A stretch of DNA of 53,044 bases, the filler included, from Catajapyx aquilonaris (Eukaryota), in NCBI GenBank assembly GCA_000934665.2. It is 3 parts of 3 records of this genome, joined end to end, with 100 filler letters (N's around TTAATTAATTAA, not from the genome) between each part and the next. Parts side by side here need not be neighbours in the genome. Positions count along the whole stretch, not along the records: positions 1 to 17,581 come from JYFJ02006911.1; 2 more parts are not named here. One strand, written 5' to 3'. Below are positions 1 to 11,724 of this stretch, one piece after another (position 1 is the first letter of the stretch; every line of letters starts with the position of its first letter). Under the pieces are notes generated by a model. That model did not search any database, had not been told where the DNA came from, and saw only the letters and a program-made list of their open reading frames with translations. A program made the position numbers and the translations under genes.

Positions 1-63
1 TAAATTCTTGTTCTTGATTAGCCTTTGAATAATTGTGGATGATGAGATACATTGGCGCGGGGC

Positions 64-570
64 CTTTATGGTCGGGTCGCCGTAACTCTGACATTTTGTC
101 AGGAAGTTTGGCCAAGCAGATTTGTTTATAACTTTTACGAGTAAGCCTAAGTGGAAAGACATCACATCACGGACCAGCTAAATGAGTATCAATACGCCAG
201 TGCTCGGCCCGATATAGGCTCATATGTGTTTCAGTTGAAAGTGGGTTCATGCACCTCTTGACCAAAGACAACATTTTTGAGGAAGCCAAGGCTTTCGTGT
301 ACGTCATTGAATAATAATAATTAACAAACCGCGGTCTGCCACATCTGCACCGGATTTTCTGGCTTCTGGAATACCACAATTTGTGCACTACAGAGGATTG
401 CAATCCACGCCTTTACACAATTGTTATGAGCAATAACATCCACGGCCCATGCGGCCTTCATTGCGTGTGATTGGAAAATGGAGCATGCAAGAAGTTCCAG
501 AAAAGTTTCCAGCACTCGTATAAATTTATTCTCGAATGCAGCCATATCCTCAATGACGTCAGCGACACAA
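64..570 (+). pseudogene. Decayed Helitron Rep (HUH) domain fragment
   Basis: Translation gives FMVGSP; VRKFGQADLFITFTSKPKWKDI (98-163, cf. motif 1 GKPDLFITFTCNPKW); RPDIGSYVFQLK; FVYVIE***LTNRGLPHLHRIFWL (HUH motif 2, RGLPHLH at 330-350); IHGPCG (438-455); GACKKFQKSF. Motifs are collinear, with stops and frameshifts. Confidence 0.9.
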
Positions 571-959
571 CGATGAAAGCAAATTTATGTTACTTCGAAA
601 AATTACAACTAATATCCAGTAAAAAAACATTAACATCTGGTAGAAATTCAGTGATCTAGGTCCACATTCCAAGGAAGTCTATGAAAGAGTACACCCTGCC
701 CTACAGAGACAACAACCCATTTCCCGCATAACTAGTATACACGCCACCAGATGACAGCAGTAGTCTGAGAGTAATCCAGTATCAACGCCCTGCGCCATTA
801 GCTAGAGTGCCTCAGTCGCACTGCCAATTATCTGCTGCAATATATTTCAGAAGAGGGAATATTTAATTTATAACTACATAGAAAACCATCCAAGTCCACG
901 GAAAACCTCGACGATTAAATGAACAATCATCATCACTCGACAAAAACAACTTCGCCGGT

Positions 960-2614
960 TGGGAAATAAGTTGGGAAGACAAACTGTGCCATGCCGAGAT
1001 ACAGTATTGGCAATACCTTATGGTATGTGGATCATAATCCTAAATAATTCTGGTTGATCTTACCAGCATTATATTTTGCAATATTTATTCAACTTACATG
1101 TAGGTTATTGGACAGTGCCCCTAAGCTTCCTCACAGTAAATTTGGTGATGGCAGCTTGTGTATATCTGCACAACTTCCTGAACTGCCTCACCGCGGATGA
1201 CGTGTTGCCACCATCAAAATCATCAAAGGTGAGGAGTGCTGATATTGCCATAATATGTTTACAGGTACAGCAGGAATAAATAATGTTCCCTGAAAGGAAC
1301 GAAAATAATTAATAATATTATTTATTAATAATATAAAGGTCAACGTCACCCGACAGCACAAGTATCCGACACCAATGGGGAGACGTGGCCATCTTGAATC
1401 TGTGTTAAGGGCAAACTCTGAATGTTCCTTATCTTGAAAGGCTTTTCTGCGTCTCCCACAAAGACTAGAACCTGCAACACAGCAAGGACTGGTATATTCT
1501 ATGTAGCAGATCATTAGGTTATTCTTTCAGACAGTACCAATGCGAATATAAGATCCCCGTCCTGCAAGAAAGAAATAGAGCCAGTAAGGCTAAACCAATA
1601 GAGATTTACATATGAACCAAGAAAGAACGTTGCAATCAGACAAGGACGTCCTGCGCCACTTTGCATGACTTTCTCGGTCGCACTGCCGCAATATCGGTAT
1701 AAAGAAACCATAACATTATGACATGCGAAAGTGTCAATGACCAAAAAGACAGACCCATCCGACGAATGCAATTCACACATCATACCATTCCTGTGAAGAT
1801 GGCTGTCGGAAAAGGTTTTTTCAACAGTAGAGTGCCTACAATCACCCTGGTACTATTCGGGGTGGTGACTACAACACTTGTACTTCTTGAGTTGATCAAT
1901 GATCGAACACTCCTAGTTAATGGCACACCACGAAAACCATTTCCTTCTCCGCCAACTAACATCGATGACTGGAGTATTACAATATTTTCAGCAGGAGTTA
2001 GTTATGACGACCCACAACTCTGTTTAACTTAAGACACCAAGATGTACAGCAATTGAGAAGAGGCTGTAAGAATCAACTCATTTATTTATATAAGACTCTA
2101 TCACGCTCTATCATATGTGATTAACACCAAAGGTCACAGTCATGGACATGGCAAAATAGATGTTAATGGTCCTAAAACTTGTGGAGCCACACAAGCAATA
2201 TTTGTAGTAATTTCTACAACTTAGAGGTCAAGTGGCGACTTCAAGATTAAAGCATGAAGGCCACTTGACTAAGAGGACGGGTCAAGGGTGGAGGAAAGTG
2301 AGTGATTTGAGTGGTCAGGACGATACAATTCATTGTGCACATGGAAACAACAAAAGTTAATGACACTTGTTCTTCCTAAACTATTCCTCGAGTTGATTTT
2401 ACAATGAGACGACTCACACCGTTATGATTGTCATACCAAGACCCAATGACACAAAACAAGAAGCTGAAGCAACTGAAGCCGTGCCATATATTAAAATGTC
2501 AAAGCGCACCTTTGATGGGGGCAACAAGGGGGGTGACCAAACTGCAAGAACTAGTGAGTGTATAGGTACACTCACTACTGTAATAAAATGCGCCATGGAC
2601 CGGAAGACTTCCAT
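960..2614 (-). pseudogene. Decayed, apparently intronless plexin-like Sema-domain gene (copy A)
   Basis: Collinear plexin Sema-like motifs across frameshifts: hydrophobic N-terminus MAHFITVVSVPIHSLVLAVWS; NELYR (~NRLYQ); HALIL..CLCGSTS (~NKALLID..LIACGS); TRSVRSLINSRS (~RSEVPAVSSRS); HSSDGSVFLV (~FSSEGFSYFL); RPCLIATFFLGSYVNL (~RLC.DD..FxSYVxL); QDGDLIFALVLSE (~QDDVLFAVFSE); GTLFIPAVPV (~GETPITSVPV); YCQYCISA (possible start of PSI). By-eye match only. Confidence 0.55.
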
Positions 2615-3089
2615 GCAGCGCTAAGTGACTGACTAATCCCAAAATGACGAGCTCCTCTTGAAACCAACTGAAAACCAATCAGAATAGGACAACAGTGAAA
2701 TTGACGTCATGCATCTACCTTTCGCACAAATTAATTAGGTCTATCATTAGCATGGAGCCAATATTTCATGCAATGAATGTGACTATCCCAATACAAGGGT
2801 TATAAACTTTAAAGAGCATCATTTTTTTTTTAAGTACAACTGGGTATGAATGACATCAGATTGACAGATTTCTCAGAAGTGACGGAAAGGTTCTGGAATA
2901 AATAGTGCGACCCAGTTGTTTTTAGAGTACCAATTAACCGCTCTTTTCTATGGGCTCTCATTGTTCCCAAGAAAATTCGCGCGTCACATGCGTCACATGC
3001 AGGTCGGCCAAGCGGGATTGAGAACGGAAGCTGAGTACAGACTGGCCCTTGTCCGGTTTACAACCCAACCAAAGCCATGTTCCAACCAA

Positions 3090-4300
3090 AGCCATGCTCC
3101 AGGGGCAGACGGGGGTGACGGTCCGCACCTTTCAAAAGAGGAGGCCAACACTGCTGATGAGAAAGCCATAGCTACAAAGGCTACTACCTTTCACCAACAT
3201 ACGCACGTGTACTTTACATTATTTGTGATATGGCCTTGTTGTAGTTTCTTGTTAAGAAATCCACTTAAAATTGGAACAATGTGCAATTCATTATATAGAG
3301 AGGCGTTACAGAAGACATATTTTACTAATGAGGGTATCTACTTGCAACAGGTAAGTTAATAGAGAATCGTGTAAAACAGCACTGCTCGCCTTGAATTTTA
3401 ATTACCAGTCATTTACCCACCCAAGCCAATAAAGTGTAACTTCTCCGGCTTCTAGGGAACGCAGGAGGAAACGCAATTAGAGCTGATAATGATTAAATAG
3501 TGGATAACACATAATACGTGCTTATTACATGATTATGTGTTACTCCTATCCACATGACGAATTGCGATACCCATTGACACTATTACACGCAAATAAATAT
3601 GGCCACAAATGCTGTCACCTTACTTGTGCCCTACGTCTACCTCACTGTTAAAAGTGTGCAAAAACCTAAGACAAAAATCTTGAATATCATGGAAGGACGA
3701 GGCTTGCAGAAATCCATGTGCTGCAGGACCCTAAAATAAAATCTAGTGAGGTGCAGCAGTGACAGAGTCAAAACAACTGCACCCTAATCACCGCACAGGG
3801 TTTGGCCACCGACAACAGCATGAAGCTGATGAGACTTGCATTCAAAGGTGACACCGAGCACATGGTTTAGGATCCATCCAGCGCCACCAGCCTTGATACA
3901 CGATAGAAGTCCACAGACTTCCAAACCTATAGCTCTGCTACTGGCAACCATCCTCACCTCAGTGGAAAACCGCTGAAATACCTAAGGACGACCCCATGAG
4001 AGGCCTCAGAAAGAGATAAAGAAGCGATGTATATCAATATTGGCGTCATTTATTTTCAGGCAATCCATAAAACAAGTAATATTGCGAAAAAACGGATAAG
4101 GCAGACATTCAGCAACCCAATTGCAATATTCCAAGAGGGAAGTAATACATGAAATATGGTAATTTTAAAGGGTCAATAAGTGAACATTGAAAACAATCAC
4201 CGATGGACACCCAGGGACGATGTAAGGGTGTTACACGAAGGGATCAAATTTGTGTTCCCAGAAAATAATATCTATCAAGCATCTGGAGGTAATGAATGAC
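3090..4300 (+). mobile_element. Decayed R2-group (NeSL/Utopia-like) reverse transcriptase remnant
   Basis: Ordered RT-like motifs: HAPGADG (~APGPDG), PHDEL, TNAV (~TNAFGSV), KIKSSEVQQ (~I.SGVKQG), RLAFKGDTEHMV*DP (~LAYADDL.L.A.DP), HLSGKPLKYL (~PYKYLG), ISILAS (thumb). Many stops. Confidence 0.5.
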
Positions 4301-4569
4301 CTGCTGAGCCTTTCGTAAATCTTATTGTATAAGTATGTACAATATCCGAATTGATGGTACAGTACATTGCATCATTGCGAAGAAACAGATTCCGTGGAAC
4401 TTCATAGAATGAGTACAACCAAAGCAACTAAGTCTATCCGGCATAAGTGTGATGGGTTTTGGTAGTGGCAGGAAACGAGCGAACTCCTTTCCATGTGAAA
4501 TGAGAACACGGAAAGAAGTGGAATCAATGATGACGCCATGCGGAAAATCACACCTCAAACATGGAGTCT

Positions 4570-5340
4570 ACTAAATCCATACGACAGTGAAATCTTGAAC
4601 AGCAACCTCTTATCATACCTGTGCAATCATGTGATGCAGAAGACGTCGCTGGTTGTATATCTTCATTTCGAGATGTGGACAGCAACCTCTATGGTAGTAT
4701 TGCCAGCAATGAATTGGTAAACCATCGTTCTCCAACCGGGAAACATCTAACATGGATAGTAAGGAAGAAAAGCGCCTCTTGGCAATAATCCATCAAACCC
4801 TATACCAATGCCGATAACCATACCAGCCATAAGATTTTGTGACATAAAAATATATTCTAGCTCTCCATCACAGTCGTCCCACTATACAACAGCGGACGTC
4901 ATGTACTTCTGGATGTCTGTGGACAGGATGTCCATATCGTACCTGGCTCGATATTCGTAATGCCAAGCAAAGCTTGGAAAAAGGAAATGCTGCACAAATA
5001 AAATATGCAGCCCAGATCGAGGCTACGCAAATAATCACTGCAAGCGACAACTGCTGGAATCGTGAACATTACATTCATACATTATGTGGATGACTATAGG
5101 AGGAGTAATATTCACATTCTTCATGCAGGTCGACCAATGGTCACCCCATCCTGACATGACAAGTAGTAGTAGGCAGACCCTCCAGCACCAGGGCCAGATA
5201 CGGGCAGCCCTGAGAAATTACAATGTGACATCAGGCATTTCAGAGGGCATAATAAAAACGTACATCTTGGAACAGTACCGAAGCTTATGAAGGCGCTACC
5301 GTGTCCAGGACGTTCTCCACTCAGAGGAGGCATTGGAATT
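4570..5340 (+). mobile_element. Possible Ulp1/C48 protease plus C2H2-finger remnant (N-terminus of a NeSL/Utopia-type ORF)
   Basis: DSEILNSNLLSYL (~DEIINxYL), RLLAIIH, frameshifted DNC/GIVNITFIHY (~DCGVF), then SRTFSTQR (~C.RTFST..G..H). Weak and degenerate. Confidence 0.3.
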
Positions 5341-5389
5341 GGTCCCTTGTGCTGAGTCTGTTTGACTCAACCTTGGAACCAACAACAAC

Positions 5390-5990
5390 CTGACTTGGGA
5401 GAATGACTATTAAGTTAAATTTGATCAGGGGGGCTGGCCCAGCATAATGACTGGGCCACCGTGGGTCACTATCAGACACTTATCTACAGGATCCGAGAGC
5501 TCAACCCCTACTGCTCAGTTTATGTTGCATCTGTTTTGCCAAGGGGTTTGAATTTCTTTCTTCAGACGAATGATTTTGAGAAGGACACTGCACGAGTGGA
5601 CCTGATGAACGGTCGTGCATGGGTCCTGAACTGTGGACGCCAGGATCTCTGCCACTCGTTCACTAATGTGCACTATGCCAACCTGTGGCTAGCCTATGAA
5701 GGAAGGAGATACTTGCTCTCCAAGGATGGCCTGTGGCCACATCCGCTCTGTTGTCCGACATGGTGAGTAAATTTTCATCACTTTCAGAATTGAAAGTCTA
5801 TGTTGAGGTGGATATTCCCACGGAGACTACAATGATTATTCTAAACTGGCTGATTTACATGGAAGGCTACTTCACAGATCTACATTGTGTTGATCTTTAG
5901 AATGCTTTCCATCCTGTTTTGAAGTAAACACACCACTAGCTGGGGCCAGTTTGGGGGAAATTGTCTAAATTTATTCTGAAAGGTCACTAG
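5390..5990 (+). mobile_element. CR1/L2-type LINE remnant: SGNH esterase ORF1 plus RT fragment
   Basis: GENDY at ~5398 (SGNH block III GxND). ORF 5461-5766 has VYVASVLPR...LN...LLSKDGLW/PH (block V DGLH). Downstream, LNWLIYMEGYFTDLHCVDL*NAFHPV (~DW..LD.G..D.IY.DF.KAFD.V) and FGGNCLNL resemble CR1 RT. Confidence 0.7.
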
Positions 5991-6039
5991 GATTGGTGGT
6001 GCATTCACTAAGGCTAGAAATTATGTAGTTTTGCACGTA

Positions 6040-6180
6040 TCATATTACTGCACTTGAAATTAATTATACTTTTGTACATTGGAGAATACGTCTTCTCTTA
6101 GTGAAATAATCAAGGTTATATGGTGAATTTCCCACATCACTGCATCTCCAGTGCATTCACAACTAATACCATTTTCCCCA
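6040..6180 (-). pseudogene. Possible continuation of plexin-like Sema copy B
   Basis: AVMWEIHHITLIISLREDVFSNVQKY resembles SALCIYSL..IRRKFMQNIQ.CF, the segment that follows the part encoded at 7140-7440. Confidence 0.3.
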
Positions 6181-7139
6181 TAAGGTGGTTCGACGTCAAC
6201 AGCACCGGAAGAAGCCCCCTGCTGTTTCAACTGGAACCCCTCTGGCTCCAGCCATGATTCAACAGGATTTGTCCCTGTTCATCAACAGGGTGGGGATCGA
6301 TGGTTGTGTTAAGGACCACGGGAGGGAGGGTTGGTGTCTTGGGGGCGTGGTCATGATGGGGAGGGAGGGAAGGGTCCTCTCCGTCCTGGTTCCTCTGCTC
6401 TGGGAAGGTTCCCTTACCGAACCCTTTCTTCGCTGGCTCCTCGACCCACTCCTGTTCAGGCTCGAGTTTCCAAGTCCACTCAGAAACCTGCACACCAGCT
6501 TCCAACTCGAGTTGTCCAACGGCTGCGAGGATCCTATCCTGATCCTTGGTCCAGTCGAAGCTCCACCTGTCATCTTGGCCACCATTGCTTCCAATCGGCC
6601 CAGGTGACACCCTACCCGGATCTTTCGTCGGCGAAGGAGTCCTGCTCCTTATCACCAGCCTTCTGCTGGAATCCCTGGTCCTGCAGTCCTTTGTGAAGTT
6701 GGCCCTGCCCCAAGGTTGTTCCTCCCCAACCAGCCCCCTCATCCAGCAATCCTGATGATGCTTCCCCATCTATCATGCCTATTTGCAACCCATATGATGT
6801 ATTAATACCTGTACCTCTTTCTCCCTGCAGGTTGTGGGCATTGTTTCGAACCCCCCCCCCTCCCCACGACCACCACGACCACCACCACCACCACCACCTG
6901 CAGCTGCAGTCCTTGCAATTCAACCTTCACCCACCCCTCTTTCTCCAGCGAAAAGTTTCAGCCCTCTCTCACTTCCTCCTCAACCTAGGGCTTTTCCCAT
7001 GGGCACTGTCATTTCCTCAAGTCATGTATGCTTCTCTGACGGAAAATATTCTTGTGGATGCTCCTCTCCTGCTTCCTACATGTTATCGATAGTGGGAATT
7101 TGACCCTGCGTGACCATCCACATCCTGACACTTAGGCAA

Positions 7140-7440
7140 CCACTGCGCTAGGCGGAGCATCGCGTTTTGCGTTGAGTCTATTGGTATCGGGAAAGTGCAC
7201 AAGGAGTCATTCACTTGAATGTTGTTCAAAAAAGCAGTGTTACGACGAAGGGTGCAGATAGGAGAAATAATTCCCGATAATCATAGTAGACGACTTAATT
7301 TTGTTCCATGTTGCGGAAAAATTAGTAAGAGTATATTATTAAACATTACGTCACATGTGCGAAATTCATATGTTCGTGGGTAATTATTTCAAAACCTTTC
7401 GCATATTTTGAATCCATCCCAATAAATAGCAGGCTATTAA
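7140..7440 (-). pseudogene. Plexin-like Sema-domain fragment (copy B)
   Basis: SKYAKGFE....NFAHVT (~YVYGF...FSYFLT), TKLSRL (~SKLVRV), GNYFSYL (~NYYSYTE), FLNNIQV (~YNLVQA), in order across frameshifts. Confidence 0.45.
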
Positions 7441-7489
7441 CCTGCTGTTTAAGAGAACACTCTTTACACTTTATTAGATGCCTAAATCA

Positions 7490-7740
7490 CATATTGCAAC
7501 CACAACCGCACTGAAACCAACTACTACCACTACAAATGCAAAATGCGGAGGCCGAGTGATTACTTGGCGAATACAGAGGAAGTCATGAAGAATATTTTTA
7601 AGATTAAAATTGCGAATAAGGCCGACAATGAGCCTCACAATCGCATCATTCCAGAATGGGACTACCTTTACAGCAATCATGAAAAGTTCAATTGCATGGA
7701 TTCATTCACCTGCAGTTCATGCATAATATAAGGAAAAATA
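7490..7740 (+). mobile_element. Helentron/Helitron2-type RepHel N-terminal fragment, paralog of 14808-15100
   Basis: DNA similarity to 14808+ (ttgcaacc..aaccgca..aaaccaactactac..acaaatgcaaaa.gcggagg; gataaggccga). Encodes RRPSDYLAN...HEKF...FTCSSC. Confidence 0.5.
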
Positions 7741-7763
7741 TGTGAAATTCGTTAATTAGAAGT

Positions 7764-7827
7764 GTGTACCTGACACGAGAGAGGTACAGACTGCGGTGTA
7801 CCTGACACGAGAGAGGTACAGACTGCG
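7764..7827. repeat. Perfect 32-bp tandem duplication
   Basis: gtgtacctgacacgagagaggtacagactgcg x2 (7764-7795, 7796-7827). Confidence 0.95.
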
Positions 7828-7929
7828 GTGGAAAAAAGCTAAGATCCTGCCAGCCACTTCGAAATTTAATGAGAACGATACTGAAGGAAAAAAAAAATTA
7901 CTGGCCAAAAAATAGGAAACAAAATGGCG

Positions 7930-10720
7930 AAACATATAACAGATTGTGAGACTAGGCATTCACAACAATGACCTGACACCCCCTCTCCTTTTAAACATGC
8001 GTGCTCACCCTGGCCAGGCATGCGTCGAATTTATTTAAAATTACCTTGCTAAAAAGGAGAAGCGAGAATGAAATTAGCCAAAATGTTAATAATTCCCAAC
8101 AACTGAACGCGCCTTTCGATGCCGAACCGCCAAGTGGTTATGTTACATCTACAATGTTATAATATCAGAATGGGAGACAGAAACCATCACTTCGGAGAGC
8201 TCCTGAAGCATATAATGTATGCTGCTCCAGGATAAAAAGTCCATAACGAACGTGACGAAATTAGTAGACACTGGAAACAGACACCCCCAATGGAAGCATT
8301 ATGATTCAATAATCGGCCGCTCATGCAACAAGCAATACGTATCCTATACCGAGAATTATCCGACATCTGCGATGTCATTGACTCAATGAGTCAATAAAAA
8401 ATAAACCTTCAAAATATGCCGGACTCATTCATGGTCAAATGTGAAAGAATAGCAAATAGATTTTCGAGTGTTCTCAAAGCCCACTAAAAACAAGCGTCAC
8501 ACACTAATTTAAAGTGGCAATATTTAAATATTACTTATGCTGAACATTTATGCCGAAACAAGCAGTCATGTTGTTGCAAACAGTACTCGCAACCTTGGCC
8601 ATTTAGCCATTACAACGGAGCTAGCAAAATGATTAAAATCATCCCAAAAGGGATAATGCAACCTTCAAAATATATCCCATGCGACTCTGATCATTCTGCA
8701 CCATATGTTCATAATATTTTGGGCACACCAAGGTGATCGTCGTACTTCGACCTGCGCTTATACACTTCCCTTTCCAGTAATCCTACCCTGCCCGAACACC
8801 AGGGAGATTCTCAAAACATGTTCACTGTGTACATTGACCTATTAGGGCATTAAAGGTCCCAGGTAGGCATTACCCAAAATTATAATAAGCAGAGCATTGC
8901 CGAGTGACTTATCAGTGAGCATGAAGTGACAATATTTCTTGCAAACATTCACACTTATAGTACAGGTACGAACAATGTACCCTGCAGGGACACTCATCTA
9001 TTTCAGAGCTACGGCTACCACACCATAAATAAAGGGCCTGCGCAAAGACACTCGCCTACAGTGAATAGATTAGGAAATGGGAGACATGGAATGTACAGTA
9101 CCTGTACGACAATGGGACAGGCAATATCACCTTACCCAGTAGAGTGTGGGTACCAACCATAATACGTAGACCCTGACTTGCCGGGTCATACAGTAGCCTA
9201 TATTCAGTACACACAGAAAATATTATGAGGAAAAGATCGAACCCATGTGCACAGAGCACATCTCAACATTGCCGTATGCCTGCGACACCAACAACACCAG
9301 CATCTGCATCTCCGGTTGCCGTAGCTCTGACACAGTATGGAGACAAACGCATTGCATTTTAAAAGTGCATAATATCGTTGGAGCTGAAAGTTTGTACAAA
9401 TTTTCAATACTTTTAGTACATTAGCACAGCCAATGCCACCTCCTCTATATACCAAACAATCAGGAGAAACTTACTCATTCTTTTCTGAACGCAATCTCAA
9501 CCACTCATTGAGAGAATATATCTCGCTCGGTTTTTACTTGAAATATATCGGGAGCATTTTCTTTTGGCTCAATGGTGGGGATTGATTCGGGACACTTATG
9601 CACACAATACAACTCTCCTCTGATTGAACTTGTCCACCACATATCTACTTGGAAACTAACTTATGGGCTGGAAAAACCTGCAGTTTCTATCAGCAGGTAA
9701 AGAAATGCTGAGAACCATTTGTTAACATGAACGGCAAACTTCAGGAAGAAGAACAGCAGATGACGGGCAGATGAGGACTGAGGTTCAGTCGTAGCAAAAG
9801 CTTCAAATTGCAGAGAAACCTTTGGGATTGAAAGTTTTGAAACAAAATAAGTTATATCAGAATATCTTACGACTGTCAATAGCAGTTCACTTACAATCCA
9901 ACAAAGAATGAAAAATAGCTACCCTTCTAAGCAAAACCTCTTCAGCAAGGTAATAAGTGCTTAATCACAAATTAGCAACGCCCAACTTATAATGATCTGG
10001 AACTACTGACGACACCTTTTAGTCGGTTTTAACAGAAAAGGACTAATAAGGAAACAGCTCCCACATAGCCAGGCAAGCGACAGATGGTGTGGAAGAGTCC
10101 TATTGATTACATCTTGTCCAATCCAGAATGCTCTCTTGGACACTAACCATGTGAATATCTTCTTTATGAGCTGACGGAAAATTAGACCAATAGAACTGAG
10201 TCAAATCTACGACTTGTTGACGCAATTGTTGATATACGTATGATAGAACAAGTTACAAAGAACACCCTGTGACCACAAATATGAAGACACTGAAGGACGA
10301 ATTCAGACTGGCGATTGGGACTACCAAATATGTAGTCATAATGACTGGCTATCGCAGGCGGGCGAATGGCAAAAGTAGTCCAACTCGTTTTCGGCATTGC
10401 CTCCCATGACATTTGATCACCTCCAGACTCTTATAGAAGTTGATCAGAAATGCAACAAAATTAATGATTAATAAGCTGAGCACATTACCAAGGTATCAAG
10501 GTATGACCAGTATCAAGGGCAACAATCCTACTTTTCCCCGAGTCCAGTTGAATGAACACTCACTACACATAGAAACATCTCTCAGAAGACCAACTAACGA
10601 CGAAGAATGAGGACGAGAAAGTAGGACATGCATAGACGGTGTCGTGAAATTCAGTTTATCATTTAACTTAAATATATGGGATGTTTTATATTTTCAATAG
10701 AGTTCAGAGCTCTGAGGGTA
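7930..10720 (+). pseudogene. Decayed, internally deleted Helitron RepHel (Rep + Pif1 helicase)
   Basis: Rep-side motifs in order: CYNIRMGDRNHHFGELL (~CFRIHGQIYH.IG.L), YFDLRL...NPTL/GRFSKHV (~YYSYRL..FNP.L.GRL.QQY), ALPSD, RAHLNIAVC (~NAHINVEVC). Helicase motifs in order: GETYSFF (~GRTxHS.F), LWAGKT..QVKKC*EPFV (~PFGGK..GDFRQCLPVV), FKLQRNL (~LKLT.NMR), PIDYIL, NATKLMINKL...IKGNNPTFPRVQL (~NGTRL.V..L...G..V.IPRI.L), YGMFYIFNRVQS (~HGQLYVA.SRV.S). Confidence 0.75.
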
Positions 10721-10749
10721 ATGATGCAACTATGCAGACAGGACTTGTG

Positions 10750-10900
10750 GTGGGGTTATTTATACAGTACACACAGAAAGGATCATGGCGAGGGATGGGG
10801 AGAGACATACTCGACGTAATAGTAGCAATGGTTGCTGTGGCCAACACAGAGAACCTGGCTTTCCAGTGTAAGAACGCCTACAACTTCTCTGGTACACGCC
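10750..10900 (+). mobile_element. R4/NeSL-like RT fragment
   Basis: TQKGSWRGMGRDILDVIVAMVAVANTENLAFQCKNAYNFS resembles EQKGCR.GS.G.KDQL.ID......NL..AW.DYKKAYDS. Confidence 0.45.
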
Positions 10901-10979
10901 GAGAAGGAAGGCATTAGTACAGATGTGGGACCAATTTAGGCTGACTGAGAAGGGAAAAAAACAGGTCCATTAATATGCC

Positions 10980-11175
10980 AGACATTCCCCTTATACCGTA
11001 CCGAGACTTATCTGACATCAGCGATCAAGCAGGCTCAATGAGTAAAGAAAAAATTAACCTGCAAAATATCCCGAACTTTCCTTATTCTTGGTCAAATATT
11101 AAAGAATAGCAGATATTTTCGGGTGTTCTCACAAACCCAGTAAAAACAATCGTCAAGAACCAATTTAATTGGTCC
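10980..11175 (+). mobile_element. Duplicated Helitron block, paralog of ~8335-8520
   Basis: Clear DNA similarity: taccgaga.ttatc.gacatc.gcgat...ctcaatgagt.aa.aaaaaat.aacct.caaaatat...ggtcaaat.t.aaagaatagca.at..ttttcg.gtgttctc. Confidence 0.75.
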
Positions 11176-11189
11176 TTCTCAAATGGGCT

Positions 11190-11500
11190 CCCTGCGTTAT
11201 CTTGGGAAGAGACCAAGGTCCTGCCAAGGATGAGGAGGAAGGTGGTGGCAACCATGTGGAGGGTGGCTCAGAAAGAGAGCATCCAGCTCTTTCAAGACCT
11301 GCCCAGCCAGGGGAAGTTGATGGAGTGCGTTGCACGTGATCCCAGTTCCAGCCACTTTATTGCTGATTGGAAGCTCACCCCCTTCGCTGTCTGGCAGTTG
11401 CAGCCATCGAGCTCGTCTCGGGATTGTCCCCCTTCCCGGTACCCAAGATTTGACTGACCAGACAGCTGCAAAATGCAGATGTGGCAGGCCGATACTTAGT
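11190..11500 (+). mobile_element. Utopia/NeSL-like non-LTR retrotransposon C-terminal fragment
   Basis: DLPSQGKLMECVARDPSSSHFIADWKLTPFAVW, then frameshifted HRARLGIVPLPG...KCRCG. This matches the Utopia-type KP.QGK.MECVAAD.SSSHF...G.YTRFADWRFIHRARLN..PL.G...CRRCG region upstream of the CCHC/RLE. Confidence 0.85.
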
Positions 11501-11519
11501 CTGCCACTGCAGGACCGAT

Positions 11520-11700
11520 CCAGAAACTGTAGTGAACACCAACTAACGACGAATGTGGAAAATCCCACCAATGCGAAACGTCCCAGTAACTAGACGTTCC
11601 TCGCGAAAAGCCCAGTAAATGCAGCCCATCTACATGCCGGCGCTGTGGGCTTATTTTATGGTGATAATATTAACTGCTGTTATCATACCATCTCAAGAAC
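11520..11700 (+). mobile_element. Helitron Pif1 helicase C-terminal fragment
   Basis: Shares accaactaacgacgaa with 10589-10604. Encodes RNVPVTRRSSRKAQ (~RQFPV...TINKAQG) and FYGDNI*LLLS (~FSHGQLYVALS). Confidence 0.5.
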
Positions 11701-11724
11701 TCGGTAAATAAATGTATTCTGCTG

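Noticed and set aside
3720..3830. VQQ*QSQNNC read at first as a Ulp1 catalytic QxNxxDCG motif
   Set aside because: Flanking motifs fit RT domains 4-7 (GVKQG, YADD, KYLG) better.
9185..9255. GHTVAYIQYTQK...THVH as the Helitron HUH motif
   Set aside because: Ambiguous: the same 19-mer recurs at ~10761 in an RT-like context, so it was not used as evidence.
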